A DNA stretch of 64,000 nt from Eledone cirrhosa. Its lineage: Eukaryota. The position numbers were made by a program, and so were the translations under genes. Where the stretch lies: the NCBI GenBank assembly GCA_964016885.1, contig OZ024743.1, forward strand, positions 246,512,001 to 246,576,000, in the 5' to 3' direction. The notes beneath the pieces are model-generated. The model saw only the letters and a list, made by a program, of their open reading frames with translations. It was not told where the DNA came from and did not search any database. Below are positions 49,595-63,923 of the stretch, one piece after another; within the stretch, counting starts at the first letter, position 1; each line of letters opens with the position of its first letter.

Positions 49595-49760
49595 ACACGG
49601 CATTTTATTTATTATTCTCTCTATTTTTTTTAGAAGTTATTTTCTTCCATTACTGATTTCTACAGTCAACCGTTTCTTCCTTTCCCGCAAAGTCTCTTAA
49701 TCCATAAATCCCATTCACATTTTAGGCAATACTTTATCTATTTTTCCTTCCTAAGATGTT

Positions 49761-50295
49761 CGTCTTGGTCTTCGTCGTCTTCTTCGCCCACTTATTCATG
49801 AGAGAGTCGTGGGGGCAGAGTCCTCAAACACTCCTTCCAGCGGGTCCTGTCAGAAACAACCGTCTCTAATTGATCCGGCTGGACCCAAGTGAAACCAACC
49901 AAATTCAAGGATGTTATCCAACCATCTTACTCGGAGTCTACCCCTGGATCTCATGCCGGTTGGTTTTGCTCATAAAATCTGTCCAGCGATTCTTTCCTGA
50001 GACATTCTAATCACATGCCCATAGTATCAGATTTGTGATCTCTCAATTCGGAGAAGTAGCGGCTGTACCTGGAACGACTCTCTGATCTCCGTGCTACGCA
50101 CTCTATCAAGTAATGTTACTCCAAAGACCATTCGGAGGAATCCCATTTCGGCCGCTTGTATTCACAATCATATTCTTTCGGTCATTACCCAAGATTCATG
50201 ACCATAAGTAAGGGTTGGCACGAATACCGAATAGAAGATAGCGAGTTTGGTTTTAATGCCTACCTCCCTTCTTTTACTGAATGCTGATAATGATC
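49761..50295 (-). mobile_element. RTE 3' fragment with target duplication
   Basis: Flanked by CCTAAGATGTT and CCTAAAATGTT; empty site at about 45993; (GAA/GAC)n tail; AEMGFLR motif. Confidence 0.75.
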
Positions 50296-51912
50296 TCCTA
50301 AAATGTTGATTTCTGAAATAAACTAGCATAAAAACCACCATTCGGGCGGTTTTCTGCTAGCATGTGTAATGTGCATATTTATATTATATGCAAAGATACA
50401 TGCATGTAGATATATGTAAAATAAAATAATAATTGACAATATACAAAGAATTTGAAGAGAGACTGTGTTACACTGTCTTCTGTAATCAGTAACGTAATCC
50501 ATGATACATTTAAAAAAGACGATATTATATATAAACTGCATTACGGTGAAATGTAATGAAACCTTATATAACGATGCAAATATATGGATGTTTATATAAG
50601 CAATGTAATAAGTGTTATGATATAACGGACGCTAACCGAAAGTGTAGACATTTGAACATTTTACAAGAAGTGAATCTGAAAATAAGAATATTTATGTTTA
50701 ATCAACAACTACGAAATTTAGTAGATAAATTATGTAATATTCATTCATTATTTATTCAAAGTAATCTAACTTATTTTGCTAACGGGATAAAAAAAAATAT
50801 ATTCGGGACGCAGTCCCGCACTCCTCCCTTTATTATATACCCAAGATGCGACACGGTCGGATCGAACCCAATCGACACTATCATTGTACATTTTAGACAC
50901 TTGTGGAGTGTTTGTATAATACACTTCGAGAAGAATATCTTATTTGTAGGGTTTAATAATGTTGTCATCAATGTCTTATTTTTAGGGTTTAAGAAATAAA
51001 TGATCCCATCTGAGGTTTTTGGTAGTCTGGGTATTTAGCTCCCTTGGCTAGCCAGCCAGTATGTTCCTCTTTCTCCCAAATAAAATAATATCAGCTTACA
51101 ATTTGACAAGGTGATGAACCTAGTTTTGACATTTCTTGCTCTAACCACACTAAGAAAATGATTAAACCTGCATTTTCCACTACACAGTTCACACATACCC
51201 ACACCAAATCATGAACACAGTACGACCCCCTCAACCTCTTTGGGTATTTCTACAACACAGCTACGGGACAAAAATGTTTAGCGATTGATCGCAGGAAATT
51301 ATTGTATGCATTAAATTGTTGAAACGCTGGCAAAAACTGTAACATATGTAAGCAATACGTGGTTCTCGGTCGATGTTGGAGGACAGTAGCTTCAATAAAG
51401 TACCGACTTTGTCTGCAATGACCCGCCCAACCAATAATAGCTTGGAAAAAACGGACGTGAAATGATAACAATTATAATGGTTGTGGTGGTGGTGAATAAT
51501 CGTGATGGTGATAATGTTTCTACTTTTGGCACAAGGCCAGTGCATTTCTGGTACTTTATTTTATCGACCTCGTAAGGATGTAAGGCAAAATTAACCTAGG
51601 CGGGATTTGAATCCAGAAAGTAAAGGGACATAACTCTATGCTGCAAAGCATGTTGTCTGACGCTCTACCGATATTGCCAATCCACCGCCCTTGATGGTAA
51701 TAATGACGATGACGATGATGGTGAGTAATCAACACGTTAAGGAAACACAGACTAAGTGTTGTGTCTGAACTATGAATATAAGTTATAACTTACATATGAC
51801 CTCACTTTGCTGCAACAGACTGAGTGCTGACTATAAAACTCTGCATGGGAAACGGAAAAAAATTACGTGAAAACACACAAAATACAACAAAGCAGTGAAA
51901 TAAAACCTAAGC

Positions 51913-51994
51913 CGCTGCGAACAGGATTCGAACCTGTGCGGGAATATCCCATTGGATTTCGAGTCCAACGCCTTAACCACTCGGCCATCGCAGC
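51913..51994 (-). tRNA. tRNA-Ser(CGA)
   Basis: Reverse complement of 45763-45844. Confidence 0.96.
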
Positions 51995-52379
51995 GAACAC
52001 TTTTCAGAAGTGGAAAATAGAACACTTAATAGTGATGTCTGACAGAAGAATCAGGTGAATGTACGATAACGTGAATAATTTGAATTTTCTTTTTATAGTT
52101 GGCTCAGAACTTAGACTTTACGCATGCGTTTAAATCAACTATCAGAGATAAATTTAGTTATTTACAATACCTAAGAAACATTGTTTCAAATCTAAACGCG
52201 CCGTTACCTACTGTCTCTTTGAAAGTAGAGTGAAACAATTTAAAGAAACGTTTCGTTACTGGAGTTGGGGTTGTATAAGAGTCCCAGGTTCAGTTAACTC
52301 CGACTGTCAGAACCGACCCCACGACTTCAAAACGCTAGGTTATTTTTTCTTTTGTTTATTCTCTGATAAATTTTTATTG

Positions 52380-54255
52380 GTTTGTATCTGCCGGAAGTAC
52401 AAAGGTCAGTGACGTCATGGGACTCGAGGGCCTTTTTGGAAGCAAAAGGACGAGCGACAGCACGTGTGTGGAAGTAGGACCAGGGATCGGCCACCCGATT
52501 TTCGACTCCCGTACACAGAGGACGGTGTATTTTTGCCGCGTGAGCTCGGGATATATGTTTATAGGTTCTGGTCAGAGGTTAGGCATGATGTCTATAAGAT
52601 TCATATGGTCACTGCGCGTGACTGCAAGGGCAAGAAATGGAAGAGAAAAAGGATATTTGCGAATGACAGTTTTTTGGAGGGTACACACCTTGTCAACTCA
52701 TGTTAAGCTCATACTGAGCTTAACATGGGTCTATGTGACCGTTTTCGAAGAAACCTTTATCAACACGAACTACGACGTTAAATGTGACATTGATGCAGCA
52801 ATCCTCGCCTTCTTGCCACAAACGCTTTCTGGTGCCGTGCGTTGTGCATGAGCATTGTCTTCCTACTTTTCCTGGCGGTGGAGGACGCAGCCTGCCTCAG
52901 GAAGAAAGATGACTTCAACCACATGAACATGGCCGAATTGGACGTCATGCTGAAGGGAATGAATCTGGCCGTAAGATGGGGCTGCATCTATAATTCACAC
53001 AGAACAGCATTAAGTTATTTCACGAGCCGGCGGTTCCGTTAATCGAACAACTGAAAAACCACTGTACTCAGATGGGTGAGATCAGAAATCACCGATGTGA
53101 GGAGGGTACGAACGGAAGGGGATGCAAATGTGTTAATTAAGCGTCGTCTGGGAACTCTGGGAGTGGTAGCTGCCGAGTTCACCCTGAAGCTGAGCATGGT
53201 CTTTGTGCTCTCAGAAAGGAATAAGACGGACGTTCTAACCAGGGTGAAGAAAGATTGGAAGTGCCAGAGGATTCGGAGCGAGTGTGACTGCAGTGTGTCG
53301 GCTGAATGACTCGGAGCTAAAGAGACTGCATACCATACATCACATGGGAGTGGATAGGAGCCTGTTCCTAGCTAGGAAAGTTGACTCCGATGTTAGAAGA
53401 CAGAGTGTGCAGAAAGTTTTCAGGAGTTGTGATAGGTGTCGACCTCGCCCATGTATGAACGAGACGGGAAACATCCCAGTGGAACACAACTGGAAATGGC
53501 TGCGGATGGCAATATGGAAGGAAATAAATACAGATGAAATTGAATAAATGCTGAACGAGATATTCCTGAAGCGGGCCCCTAGAATGAGCTGCTGATGGAC
53601 AATGGCACTGCATTTCTCTCAGAACCGCTTAAGGAAATGCTTGATAAGTGGAACATGAATCGCTTCTTAAGAGCGACGTATAGGCCAAGTGGAAATGGAA
53701 TTGTGGAGAGACACTATCGCACGATCATAGCCATAGCGAAGAGGGGATATATATCACCAATTGAGGCAGTGTTTTGGTACAATATGTCGCCTCGGTCAGG
53801 CTAGGCCGAGGAGTCGATACCACACAAAGCGATATTCAGATATGAATAGTGACATGTGTGTAAGGAGGCACAGCGATCTGTGGAAAGGAGAACGCCTGCA
53901 TTTGTACAGGTCGGGGACGAAGACTGGGTCAAGCCGCCAAATACGAGCTGCATGTCTCGACGGGAGAAGAGAACGTGTTCATGGATGAAATGCCACGTCA
54001 TGTCTTGGATGTCTGCAGGATCATCGATTTGTCGGACGACAACGAAGAAGCAGGGGAGGATGCGAATAACGCCCAGCTCTGCAGAGATCACAGCGGGAGC
54101 ATCGTCCACCCAGATAGATGGCAGACTTTGACAGTGAGGTGATGGGGTGAGCTTTGATATCAGAGAGGGCGTGTGGGGCCGGGAGGAATTGCCGAAATAT
54201 AAGGTTCAGTGACGTCATACAGCGCGAGACCCTTGTTGGAGGCAGAAGAGCGAGT
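52380..54255 (+). mobile_element. Decayed Gypsy element related to 27351-31615 (RNase H to integrase, PPT, LTR pieces)
   Basis: VEDAACLRKKDD, HHMGVDRSLFLARK and RPSGNGIVERHYRT; GATCAGAGAGGGCG|TGTGGG; LTR-like similarity between 52385-52460 and 54185-54255. Confidence 0.8.
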
Positions 54256-54366
54256 GATATTTTGACGTTTATAGGCATTTTTATGGACCATGTCCAATAT
54301 TCGCGGTTTTTCACTCTTCGCAGGCGCTCTAGGAACGTAACCCCTGCGAATACCGGGGGACAACTG
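54256..54366. mobile_element. Right end of the pogo-like MITE seen at 41730
   Basis: Close match to 41985-42095. Confidence 0.75.
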
Positions 54367-55074
54367 TATAGTGTTCAAAAAGACTTCTGCGATGTTCCCT
54401 TAAAAAGTGACAAGTTGTAGCCAGATAGTACGTACCAGCAGAGATAGTAATAAGCTCGCAGTAAGGAAGCTGCGTTGTCTATATGAAGAGGCAGATGACT
54501 GTGTGTGCTTGAAGTGCCGATGGAAGAATTGCTATCGAGCCCTTGTCGAGAGGGTCGAAGGTTTTTTTTGCTATGTCTACATCTCGCTACTTGCTTGAGC
54601 AACTCGAAGTGATCCTTCTCTTCCGAGGAACTGGAGTGGAATGACCGAAAGAAAAACTTATCTCATTTAATCTCAAGCTGGTTAACCTCTCCAGACCACT
54701 GATGCCAACCCAAGATAAAGAGAAATAGCAGCCAGATGTCATTCAGGGGTCAGTATGTACGAAGAAATTTCGCTACAAATTCATGTCCATCCAATCAATT
54801 ACCCCACTACAACAGAGAATGCTGATATTTCCTTTTAAAACCAAATGACTCACAGTATTGCCGCAGGTGATAACGAGGCTGAAGCACTGGAACATCTAAG
54901 CAAGCATCATCTGAAGCGAACTTCTTGATCACTCAGCTATTCTCTACCCAGTCTATATATAAATTTGAGCGACTTTCGTCCGTCCGTCCGTCATACAATG
55001 TATGTGGATGTAAAAGGAAAGAAGCGGATGATGAAAAACTATAGCAAAACAGCGGTTGGCGTTCCATTTGCTAC

Positions 55075-55520
55075 ACTGTGTGTGAGTGTATGCGTATGTC
55101 TGTGTAAATGTATGTGTGTGTGTGTGAATATGTGTTCGTGTATGTGTGTGTGTGTGTGTGAATATGTGTTCGTGTTTGTGTGAATGTAAGTCTGTGAGTG
55201 TGTATTTTTGTAAGTGTGTCTGTGTTTGCACGTTTATATTTATATACTCATACATATGCATGCATATGCACATACACATGCATATGCACATACACACACA
55301 TATACACACACATACACACACATATGCACATACACACATACACATACACACACACATACACACACATACACATACACACATATACACATACGCGTCAGCG
55401 TGATGGAAAAAAATCCTAGTATGGAAAAAGAGGGAAAGTTAATATCAACTCCACACACACACACACACTCACTCACTCACACCCACCCTCACTCATTCAC
55501 ACACACACACATTCACACAC

Positions 55521-55582
<62 letters not shown>

Positions 55583-55706
55583 TCACTCACACACACACAC
55601 ACCCTCACTCACTCACGTATACACTCACACACACGTTCACACACATACCAGCCACTCTCTACTCAGTATGGAAAAGGAGGGAAAGTTAATAATATCAACT
55701 CCACAG

Positions 55707-55758
<52 letters not shown>

Positions 55759-55823
55759 CACTCACTCACGCATACACTCACACTCACACACACATACACA
55801 CAAACACAAACGCGCACACACAC
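55075..55823. repeat. Compound (TG)n/(CA)n low-complexity region
   Basis: Direct reading; the ORFs here are artefacts. Confidence 0.95.
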
Positions 55824-57331
55824 TTTCAGTTAAAATCTGAACCTTGAAGATTTTGAATTTGACCATATCAATTTAAATAAAGTAAGATTTCGACATTACA
55901 ACATAACTTAAACAACCGCATGAAATCAGTCCCACAATGTTCGTATGTGTGTTGGATCTCCGTTGATTCTGATGACAAGCGTTCTAATCGTTTGATCAAC
56001 GAAATAGCCTCCTCGTGTAATTAACACGCAAGTTACCGAGCATTCCACTGACATACGTACTCATACTGTAATTATCCGAGAGATTCAGCGTTACTCATGT
56101 GTAGCAACTCTTTGAATGTACATGTTTTTTACCAACTGAGTGGACTGAAGCGACGGGAAATAGTTTTTGATGAAGAACACAACGTGTCGCCGGGATTCGA
56201 ACTCACGATCGTAGGCCGAACACCCTAACCATTAAACCACGTGTCTTCACAACGTACATATAATTGCAAACAAAACAAAAAACCTTTATGAACGCTAACC
56301 TTTTAATAAGGGACATATAATTGCAAACAAAACAAAGAACATGTATGAACGCTAACCTCTTAACAAGGGACATGACCAAAACATAAAAAAAATCAACGGT
56401 CCCACCACAGACAACGCCATAAACATGGAAGTAAAAGAACTAACTTCTCAACTAAAAATAGAAAATTGGTACTTTAATTTATCGACTCAGAAAGAATGAG
56501 AGGCACAGTTAATCTCGATGGTAGTTGAACTCAGATCAGAGAGAGTCAGAACAAATACCTCTAACCATATATTTATTCGTGAGTGAATAATATTATAATA
56601 ATTGTTTCTACTTTTAGCACAAGACCAGCAATTATTCCAGTGCATTACTGGTACTTTATTTTATCAACCCCGTAAAGATGAAAGGCAAAGTTAACCTCGG
56701 CGGGATTCCATTAGTTTGCAAACAGAGAACCTCATAACCTACCCTATTTTTCCATATACTACTGATTTTGATATCAGTAGATTACTAAAAAGTTGATTAA
56801 CAATATTCCAAAGATACCATTACAGGCAGCTGAGAGTATAAATACATTCCTTGAAAGGAAATATACAAATTTCAAAAAAAGGCACATAAATGTTCTTTTT
56901 TATGAATAAGGACCAGTTGAATTTGTTATATTCCCACCAGGCGATACCAACTATTTTGAACATTTATACAAGAGCAACTCTGTCTATCCAAAGAGTGCTC
57001 TTATCTGGAAGAAAGTGGCAATTATATCATTTCAAAGCTTTCCAATTTTCTCTTTAATGAAACGGACAGAATAAATGTTGATATCTAACTTGATGTCCCC
57101 TCTGCTTTGTGAACTTAGAGACCACGGAAGAGGGTTTTCATGACCACGCGAGAGGGTATATTTATTAGTAAATGGTAAAATATATACAACAAATGAGTAG
57201 GTGAATTGTAGTAGATGGTTTCCAGTTCAGTCAGACTGCAACTACAAATAAAAAAAATTGTTAGTTTGCTTTGTAACAATAGCATATCCAAGTTTTCGGA
57301 TAAATCAACTTACTTTAACTTTGACCTCATT

Positions 57332-58390
57332 TCAATGGGACCCTTGAACTTTATGGAGTCTAGCTAACTCTTTGACGTTAGGCTGTATTTTCCTAAGATG
57401 TAGCCGGAGATCTCCACGTGTAATTACATTGTAGCGGTTGCGAGCCTTACTGTGTAGTCTGAAAACAGCACCAAACCTCTTCTTGACTAAGTATGAGCTT
57501 GGAAAAGGCAGAGCAAATCTCTTAGCCTCTGCATGTAGGTGTGGAAATCGACGCTGAATTTTCTCTTGCATCCAAAAAAGGGGTTCACCTATTTTGGGAA
57601 ATCTAATTTTGATCATGTCATCTGCTTGAAGTTCAATGAATTCTTCCTGAAATATAACGTCCAAATCGTCGACGTTAGCTACGAAGTGATCTGCTACCCA
57701 CATTGGGATGTCCATCGACAAAAGGTCGACAAATGGTTCTCTCGTGTTGTTTTGTAGCGCACGGAGGTGAGCGGTATAAATTTTGAGTTGGTCATCGCTT
57801 ACAATGTTTTGAACATTGGCGACACTAGGAAAATTATAGAATTCCCGTCAAACAAAGATTCCTTTCGATGACATTCAATTTGGCCAGGAATGTTTTCACA
57901 GCATTCCTTGCTTTAAGTAAGGTGATCTTCTGCCCCTGCAAAGCCAAAATGACGCTATTGCATTTGTCGAAGATGTCGGTGAGGTAGGCGCAGTTTTGCC
58001 TCACATCGAGGGTTTTCTTGTACAGTTGTGTTGCGTCCTCGCAGAAACTGAATGATAGAGTCGAACAGTTCAAAGAAGTGAGTAAGGCACTTGCCTTTTG
58101 AAAGCCACCTCACTTCAGTATGAAGGAGCAACTTGACGAATTCTTCGTCATTATCTTGGCACAGTTGCCGGAAAATTCGTTCATTGAGGAAATGCCGTTT
58201 GATAAAATTGATGACATCAATGGCCACCTGCAAGGACTTGCTCAGCGGCTTACTGAGTTTCTTCGCAGCCAAGTGTTGTCGATGAATGACACAATGAACA
58301 ACAAATACAGATAGATTTTCTCTCTTCAGAAGAGTGACGAAACCCTTATGCTGGCCGACCATTGCTCTTGCGTCGTCCGTAGCACATGAT
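57332..58390 (-). pseudogene. hAT transposase remnant, Buster/Charlie type
   Basis: HCVIHRQHLAAK, LLHTEVRWLSKG, YLTDIF, FPSSYLV, RGDLRL and QGSH* motifs; frameshifted. Confidence 0.88.
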
Positions 58391-58394
58391 ACAC

Positions 58395-59314
58395 TGTGTG
58401 TTGTATTTGGTCCTAGATGTATGTATACCTGCCTGTGTGTTGTAGGTAGTCCTAGATGTATGTATTACCTGCTTATGTATTGCATGTGGTCCCAGCTGTA
58501 TGTATTACCTGTTTGTGTGTTGTATGTGGTCCTAGATGTGTGTATTACCTCCTTATGTGTTGTATGTGGTCCTAGATGTATGTATTACCTGATTATGTGT
58601 TGTATGTGGTCCTAGATGTTTGTATTACCTGCTTATGTGTTGTATGTGGTCCTAGATGTGTGTATTATCTGATTATGTGTTGTATGTGGTCCTAGATGTG
58701 TGTGCTACCTCTTTATGTGTTGCATGTGGTCCTAGATGTGTGTATTACCTGCTTATGTGTTGTATGTGGTCCTAGATGCGTGTATTACCTGCTTATGTGT
58801 TGTATGTGGTCCTAGATGTGTGTATTATCTGATTATGTGTTGTACATACATTTAGGACCACATACCTGTCTGTGTGTTGTATGTGGTCCTAGATGTATGT
58901 GCTACCTCCTTATGTGTTGCATGTGGTCCTAGATGCGTGTATTACCTGCTTATGTGTTGTATGTGGTCCTAGATGTGTGTATTATCTGATTATGTGTTGT
59001 ATGTGGTCCTAGATGTGTGTGCTACCTCTTTATGTGTTGCATGTGGTCCTAGATGTGTGTATTACCTGCTTATGTGTTGTATGTGGTCCTAGATGCGTGT
59101 ATTACCTGCTTATGTGTTGTATGTGGTCCTAGATGTGTGTATTATCTGATTATGTGTTGTACATACATTTAGGACCACATACCTGCCTGTGTGTTGTATG
59201 TGGTCCTAGATGTATGTGCTACCTCCTTATGTGTTGCATGTGGTCCTAGATGCGTGTATTACCTGCTTATGTGTTGTATGTGGTCCTAGATGTGTGTGCT
59301 ACCCGCTTCTGTGT
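58395..59314. repeat. 40-bp minisatellite, about 23 copies
   Basis: Unit TGTGTTGTATGTGGTCCTAGATGTGTGTATTACCTGCTTA. Confidence 0.95.
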
Positions 59315-60530
59315 TTTTTCTTTTTTTCTTTGTAATATTATTTATACAATAGGGAATAAAATAGATCTACATAGTGTTAACTCGTTACGGTTGAGTCAAT
59401 AATTTATAAGATTCTAACTGGCTGCACTCAAAGTGTCCTTGACCCAGTTGACTGTGGGTTTTTCCATTATTAGGATCTCAATTGCCCGTTAATGTCGAGA
59501 CACGTCTACACACCTGCTCACAGCTGCGTTCAGACCATAGTTATGCTGTCTGCATGCTCATTCAAATCCATTCACACTAGGTGTTTCAAAGACTTACAAA
59601 TATGGCTTATAAAACTTACCAAAGTAAAGAGCCTACCAGTGCCCCTCAGAGCTCCAAATTCCCCCCCCCCCCTGCCCCCGTTGAGAACTTTCGTTCTAGA
59701 CAATTACCGTCATCATATACTTATTGTTTTTCATATCCGCTCAAGCAACTTTCTTGTATTTCTAGAAAATGCATATATAATATGCCTATATAATTTGTAC
59801 ATGGGCACAGCATGGCCAAAGGGTTAATAAGTTAGATTTGCAATCCTAAGGTCTACAGTTCGATACTACTATGTAGCATCTTGGGTGAGTGTCATTTATC
59901 ATAGCATCGAGTCAACTTAAGTCTTTTTAGTGGAACTGGGTTGACCAAAACTGTTTGGAAACTGCCAGATAAACCGTACCTGTAATTCACACAGAATAGC
60001 GTTAAGTCATTTCACCAGCAGGCTGTTCTGTTGATCGAACAACTGAAACACTCATCATCGAAACTGGTGGAGGTTCATTCAAGAATTTATCCATAGAATA
60101 ATTATTTCAAAAAAGTTATAAAAAAGAAACAGAATGCAAAGATAACAAGAACAACAAAAACAGACATGAAAAACTGAAGCTGTTTATTCCATTAAATAAA
60201 TAAAAATAACAAAAGAGATGTTTGTTCTCTTATGTATTATTTCCATGCATTTCCGTTCTTTATAGCCATCAGGCACTATATATTTTTACGATTGACAAAC
60301 TGATCTGATAACATCAGAATTATTAAGAAGTAGATAGAAGTTACCGAACGTTTTATGTTTATCGAAGCCGGCAAGAAATCAGTTTGTAAAGGAATTAAGT
60401 CGACAATTTATTTCCAAAACGAACGTTCTACATCAAAACCATTAGGTTTCTTTTTTTTAGCTTGTCGATAGATGAATAAAACCCACAAAATTTGGGTTCC
60501 AGAAACAAAAGCAGAGATACACACACACAC

Positions 60531-60583
<53 letters not shown>

Positions 60584-61226
60584 TATGTGTGTACGTGTGC
60601 ATACTTACAGTTATATATATATGAAGAAAGAATTATTATTATTATTATTATATTATGCTGTATTAAATATGTGGAAAAACAAAATACAACTGAACAAATA
60701 TATAGCTAAACTAGAGATTATTTTTGCTTCTATCATGAATATGAAAGACTATAAATGACAGCAGTAATAAGAATAGTGAGTGACTCAACATCTATAACGT
60801 GAATGGGCATGACGGAGACAAGTTACAGAAAATCTTTCGGAGTCAATTTTGCCTGAATTTACAGTAACTTTAATAACATCCAGTAACGTGCGTTAGAGGG
60901 CGTTGGGGGCGGTAACTTTTATATTTTGCTAACTTACCCCGTGGAAATTCCAGTTTAATTATAAACAACCAGCAGATATTAAAGATCAATATGGCATTTT
61001 AAGTGTTATATATAAAAGTTATGTATAAACACACAAATAATATATACAGTATCTAGTTACATATAAAACGAATAAATTACTGAAATTCCCAAAATGGAAT
61101 ATTTTACTCATTTATAGAACGTTTCCATGGAGATTAAGATGTTCTCATTTGAAGATAAACAATATTTTTCGTACGTTTAGAATAAAATTTCGACAACACC
61201 ACCACCTCTTCTCTCTCTCTCACACA

Positions 61227-61314
<88 letters not shown>

Positions 61315-61340
61315 GAAAATAGAGAAATTAATGTGAGCAA

Positions 61341-61422
61341 GAAGCCAAACAAGAGACTCCAACCGTGAAGCCAAACAGGAGACTCCAACCGTGAAGCCAA
61401 ACAGGAGACTCCAACCGTGAAG
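61341..61422. repeat. 26-bp tandem repeat, 3 copies
   Basis: GAAGCCAAACAGGAGACTCCAACCGT. Confidence 0.9.
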
Positions 61423-61464
61423 GTTGCATTTTTTCAGGGTATGTCAATATTTATTTATAAAATC

Positions 61465-61530
61465 TATTTTATCTGATGAAAGCGCACCATAATCTGCCTT
61501 GGTGGCCCTTGAAATATGTATAATGAAATA
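61465..61530 (+). ncRNA. Minimal type I hammerhead ribozyme upstream of the Penelope ORF
   Basis: TATTTTAT CTGATGA [stem II] GAAA T ATGT A TA^ ATGAAATA; 8-bp stem I. Confidence 0.75.
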
Positions 61531-61556
61531 AATATGGTTTTATAAAGTGGACGACG

Positions 61557-63516
61557 GTGGTGTTGTCGATATATATATATATGGACTGCACTACATACAA
61601 CAACTTCATTCGAAAAGAATTACATAAAAAATATAGAAAAACGAATGAAGTAACTCTTAAGCACATCAATGACGAGGCATGCGAAATAGTGAAAAATCTC
61701 GGAATCGAAGATAGGACAGGACCACTCTTACCGGCGGTATCCACCTTCAATCTTAAGGACCATAAGGTAAACTTTGATAATGACCCTACAATTAGATTAA
61801 TCTGCCCCTCTAAATCAGATATAGGTAAAATAAGCAAATATATCTTAGATAGAATCATCCCCCAAATTAGGGCTAAGGTTAACATTAAACTCTGGAGGAA
61901 GACCCAAGAAGCAATAAGATGGTTTAATAGCATTAGCAATAAGAATAAATCTAAGTTTATCCAGTTTGATATCGACGAATATTACTCATTGATATCACCT
62001 GAAACTTTGAATAGAGCCATTAAGTTTGCTAAGGATAACTCTGACCTTACAAACGATGAAATTAAGATTATATTAGAAGCTAGGAAAACTATAGTCAAAT
62101 TTGAGAACAGTTATTGGGTTCGTAAAGATAGACCCTCTAACTTTGACATAACAATGGGCTCTAACGATTCGGCGGAAATAACTGATATTGTGGGGTTATT
62201 TATCGCCTTTAGACTCCAGGAAAAATTCAGCAATCTCCACGGTGGAATATACCGCGACGATGTTCTCCTCCTAGTTAAAAACCTAAATAACCAAAAACTA
62301 GAAAAACTACGCAAAGATATAAGAAAACTACTACTCGAAATAGGACTAACTATAACATATGAATACAACCTTAAAGTAGTTAACTTCCTGGATGTCACAC
62401 TCAATTTAAACTCTGGTCTGATTAAACCGTTTCATAAATTGAATGAAAATCTCAAGTACGTAAATGTTGGGTCTAACCACCCCATCTCTATAATTAAATC
62501 TATCCCTAAAAATATTTCCCTTAGAATCTCGGGTCTATCTTCTAACATACAAGTATTTAAGGAACACGCCGAGTACTACGATAACGCCCTTAGTAAAGCA
62601 GGCTACCTCAACAAAATAGAGTATATAGATGAGAACAATTAAAACACCCCAAATAAATCCCACATAGGTAGATATAATAACAACACCAAACCACACTTAC
62701 TACCATAGTATACACACCAGTAAACCAACAAACAAAACTAATAGAAAGCGATGCAAATAGTACTTATGGTATAACCCTGAATACAATAGTTCCATTAGTA
62801 CAAATTTACCAGTTCTCTTCTTTAAAATAATTAAGAGACATTTTCCTACATCACACAAATACCACAAAATCCTAAACCCTACCACTATAAGACTGTCATA
62901 CTCTACAGCGTTAAACCTTGAACAACACATAAAAAAGATCAATACTAGAAGGTTAAACGAAAACACTAAAAACTTAAGTACAAAGAACACAAAAAAAACA
63001 GTAGACAATACACTACAGAACATAAATAAACCACACCTAAGTTCGTCCGCAATACTACACCGGAGAAAACCCAACGTACACAATTGTAACTGCACCTATC
63101 CTGACAACTGCCCCCTCGGCAATAACTGCCTGGAAAAAAATATCATTTATAAGTGTACCATTAAATCCGGAGGCAACGAGTGGTATTACGTGGGATCAAC
63201 GGCAACATCGTTTAAATCTCGATTATATAGGCATTCTTACTCAATAAAACACCAGTGCCAAAGAAATGTAACAACTTTAGCAGAAAAAGCTTGGACGCTC
63301 AGGGATAGCGATCAAAAGTTTACCCTAAAATGGGAGAAATTAGCTAAAACCCAAAGCTTTTCCAGGAGCCAAAATTTCTGCAAATTGTGTAATCTTGAGA
63401 TTTATTACATAATCACACACAAGAAGAAATTGCTTAATAACAGAATTGAACGAACATTATTCTGCCGTCACCGAACTAAAACCCTTTTTTCCCACTACAA
63501 GCTGAATATTACATAA
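61557..63516 (+). mobile_element. Penelope-like retroelement (RT plus GIY-YIG), disrupted
   Basis: IRLICP, FDIDEYY, MGS, IYRDD, NFLDVTL and SNHP motifs; then CPL..NCL..IIYKC..YYVGST..FKSRLYRH. Confidence 0.92.
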
Positions 63517-63886
63517 AAGAGGGACATCCCCCAACTATATAAACCTCAATCTAGTTAGAAAAATATAAAAACAATCTCTTCTCAACATATATATGTATAT
63601 TAATTGTTTCTACTTTTGGCACAAGGCCAGCAATTACCCAGTGCATTACTGGTACTTTATTTTATCGACCCCGTAAGGATGAAAGGCAAAGTCAACCTCG
63701 GCCCTTAAATTACCACACTAATAATGAAAAGATATGCTGATGAGAATAGGTGCGAATATGCTATAATGAATGTGTCTAAAAGCGACCATATGTATGTATA
63801 TATATGTGAAAATGTATATAAATAAGTAAATATATATATATGTTTGATTTGTATAGTTAGATGTAAGTGTATTCATGTATTAAAGT

Positions 63887-63923
<37 letters not shown>

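Noticed and set aside
54953-55840. His/Thr- and Cys/Val-rich ORFs
   Set aside because: Translations of (CA)n/(TG)n microsatellites.
63730-63790. Second hammerhead at the Penelope 3' end
   Set aside because: CTGATGA is present but I found no GAAA with stems II and III.
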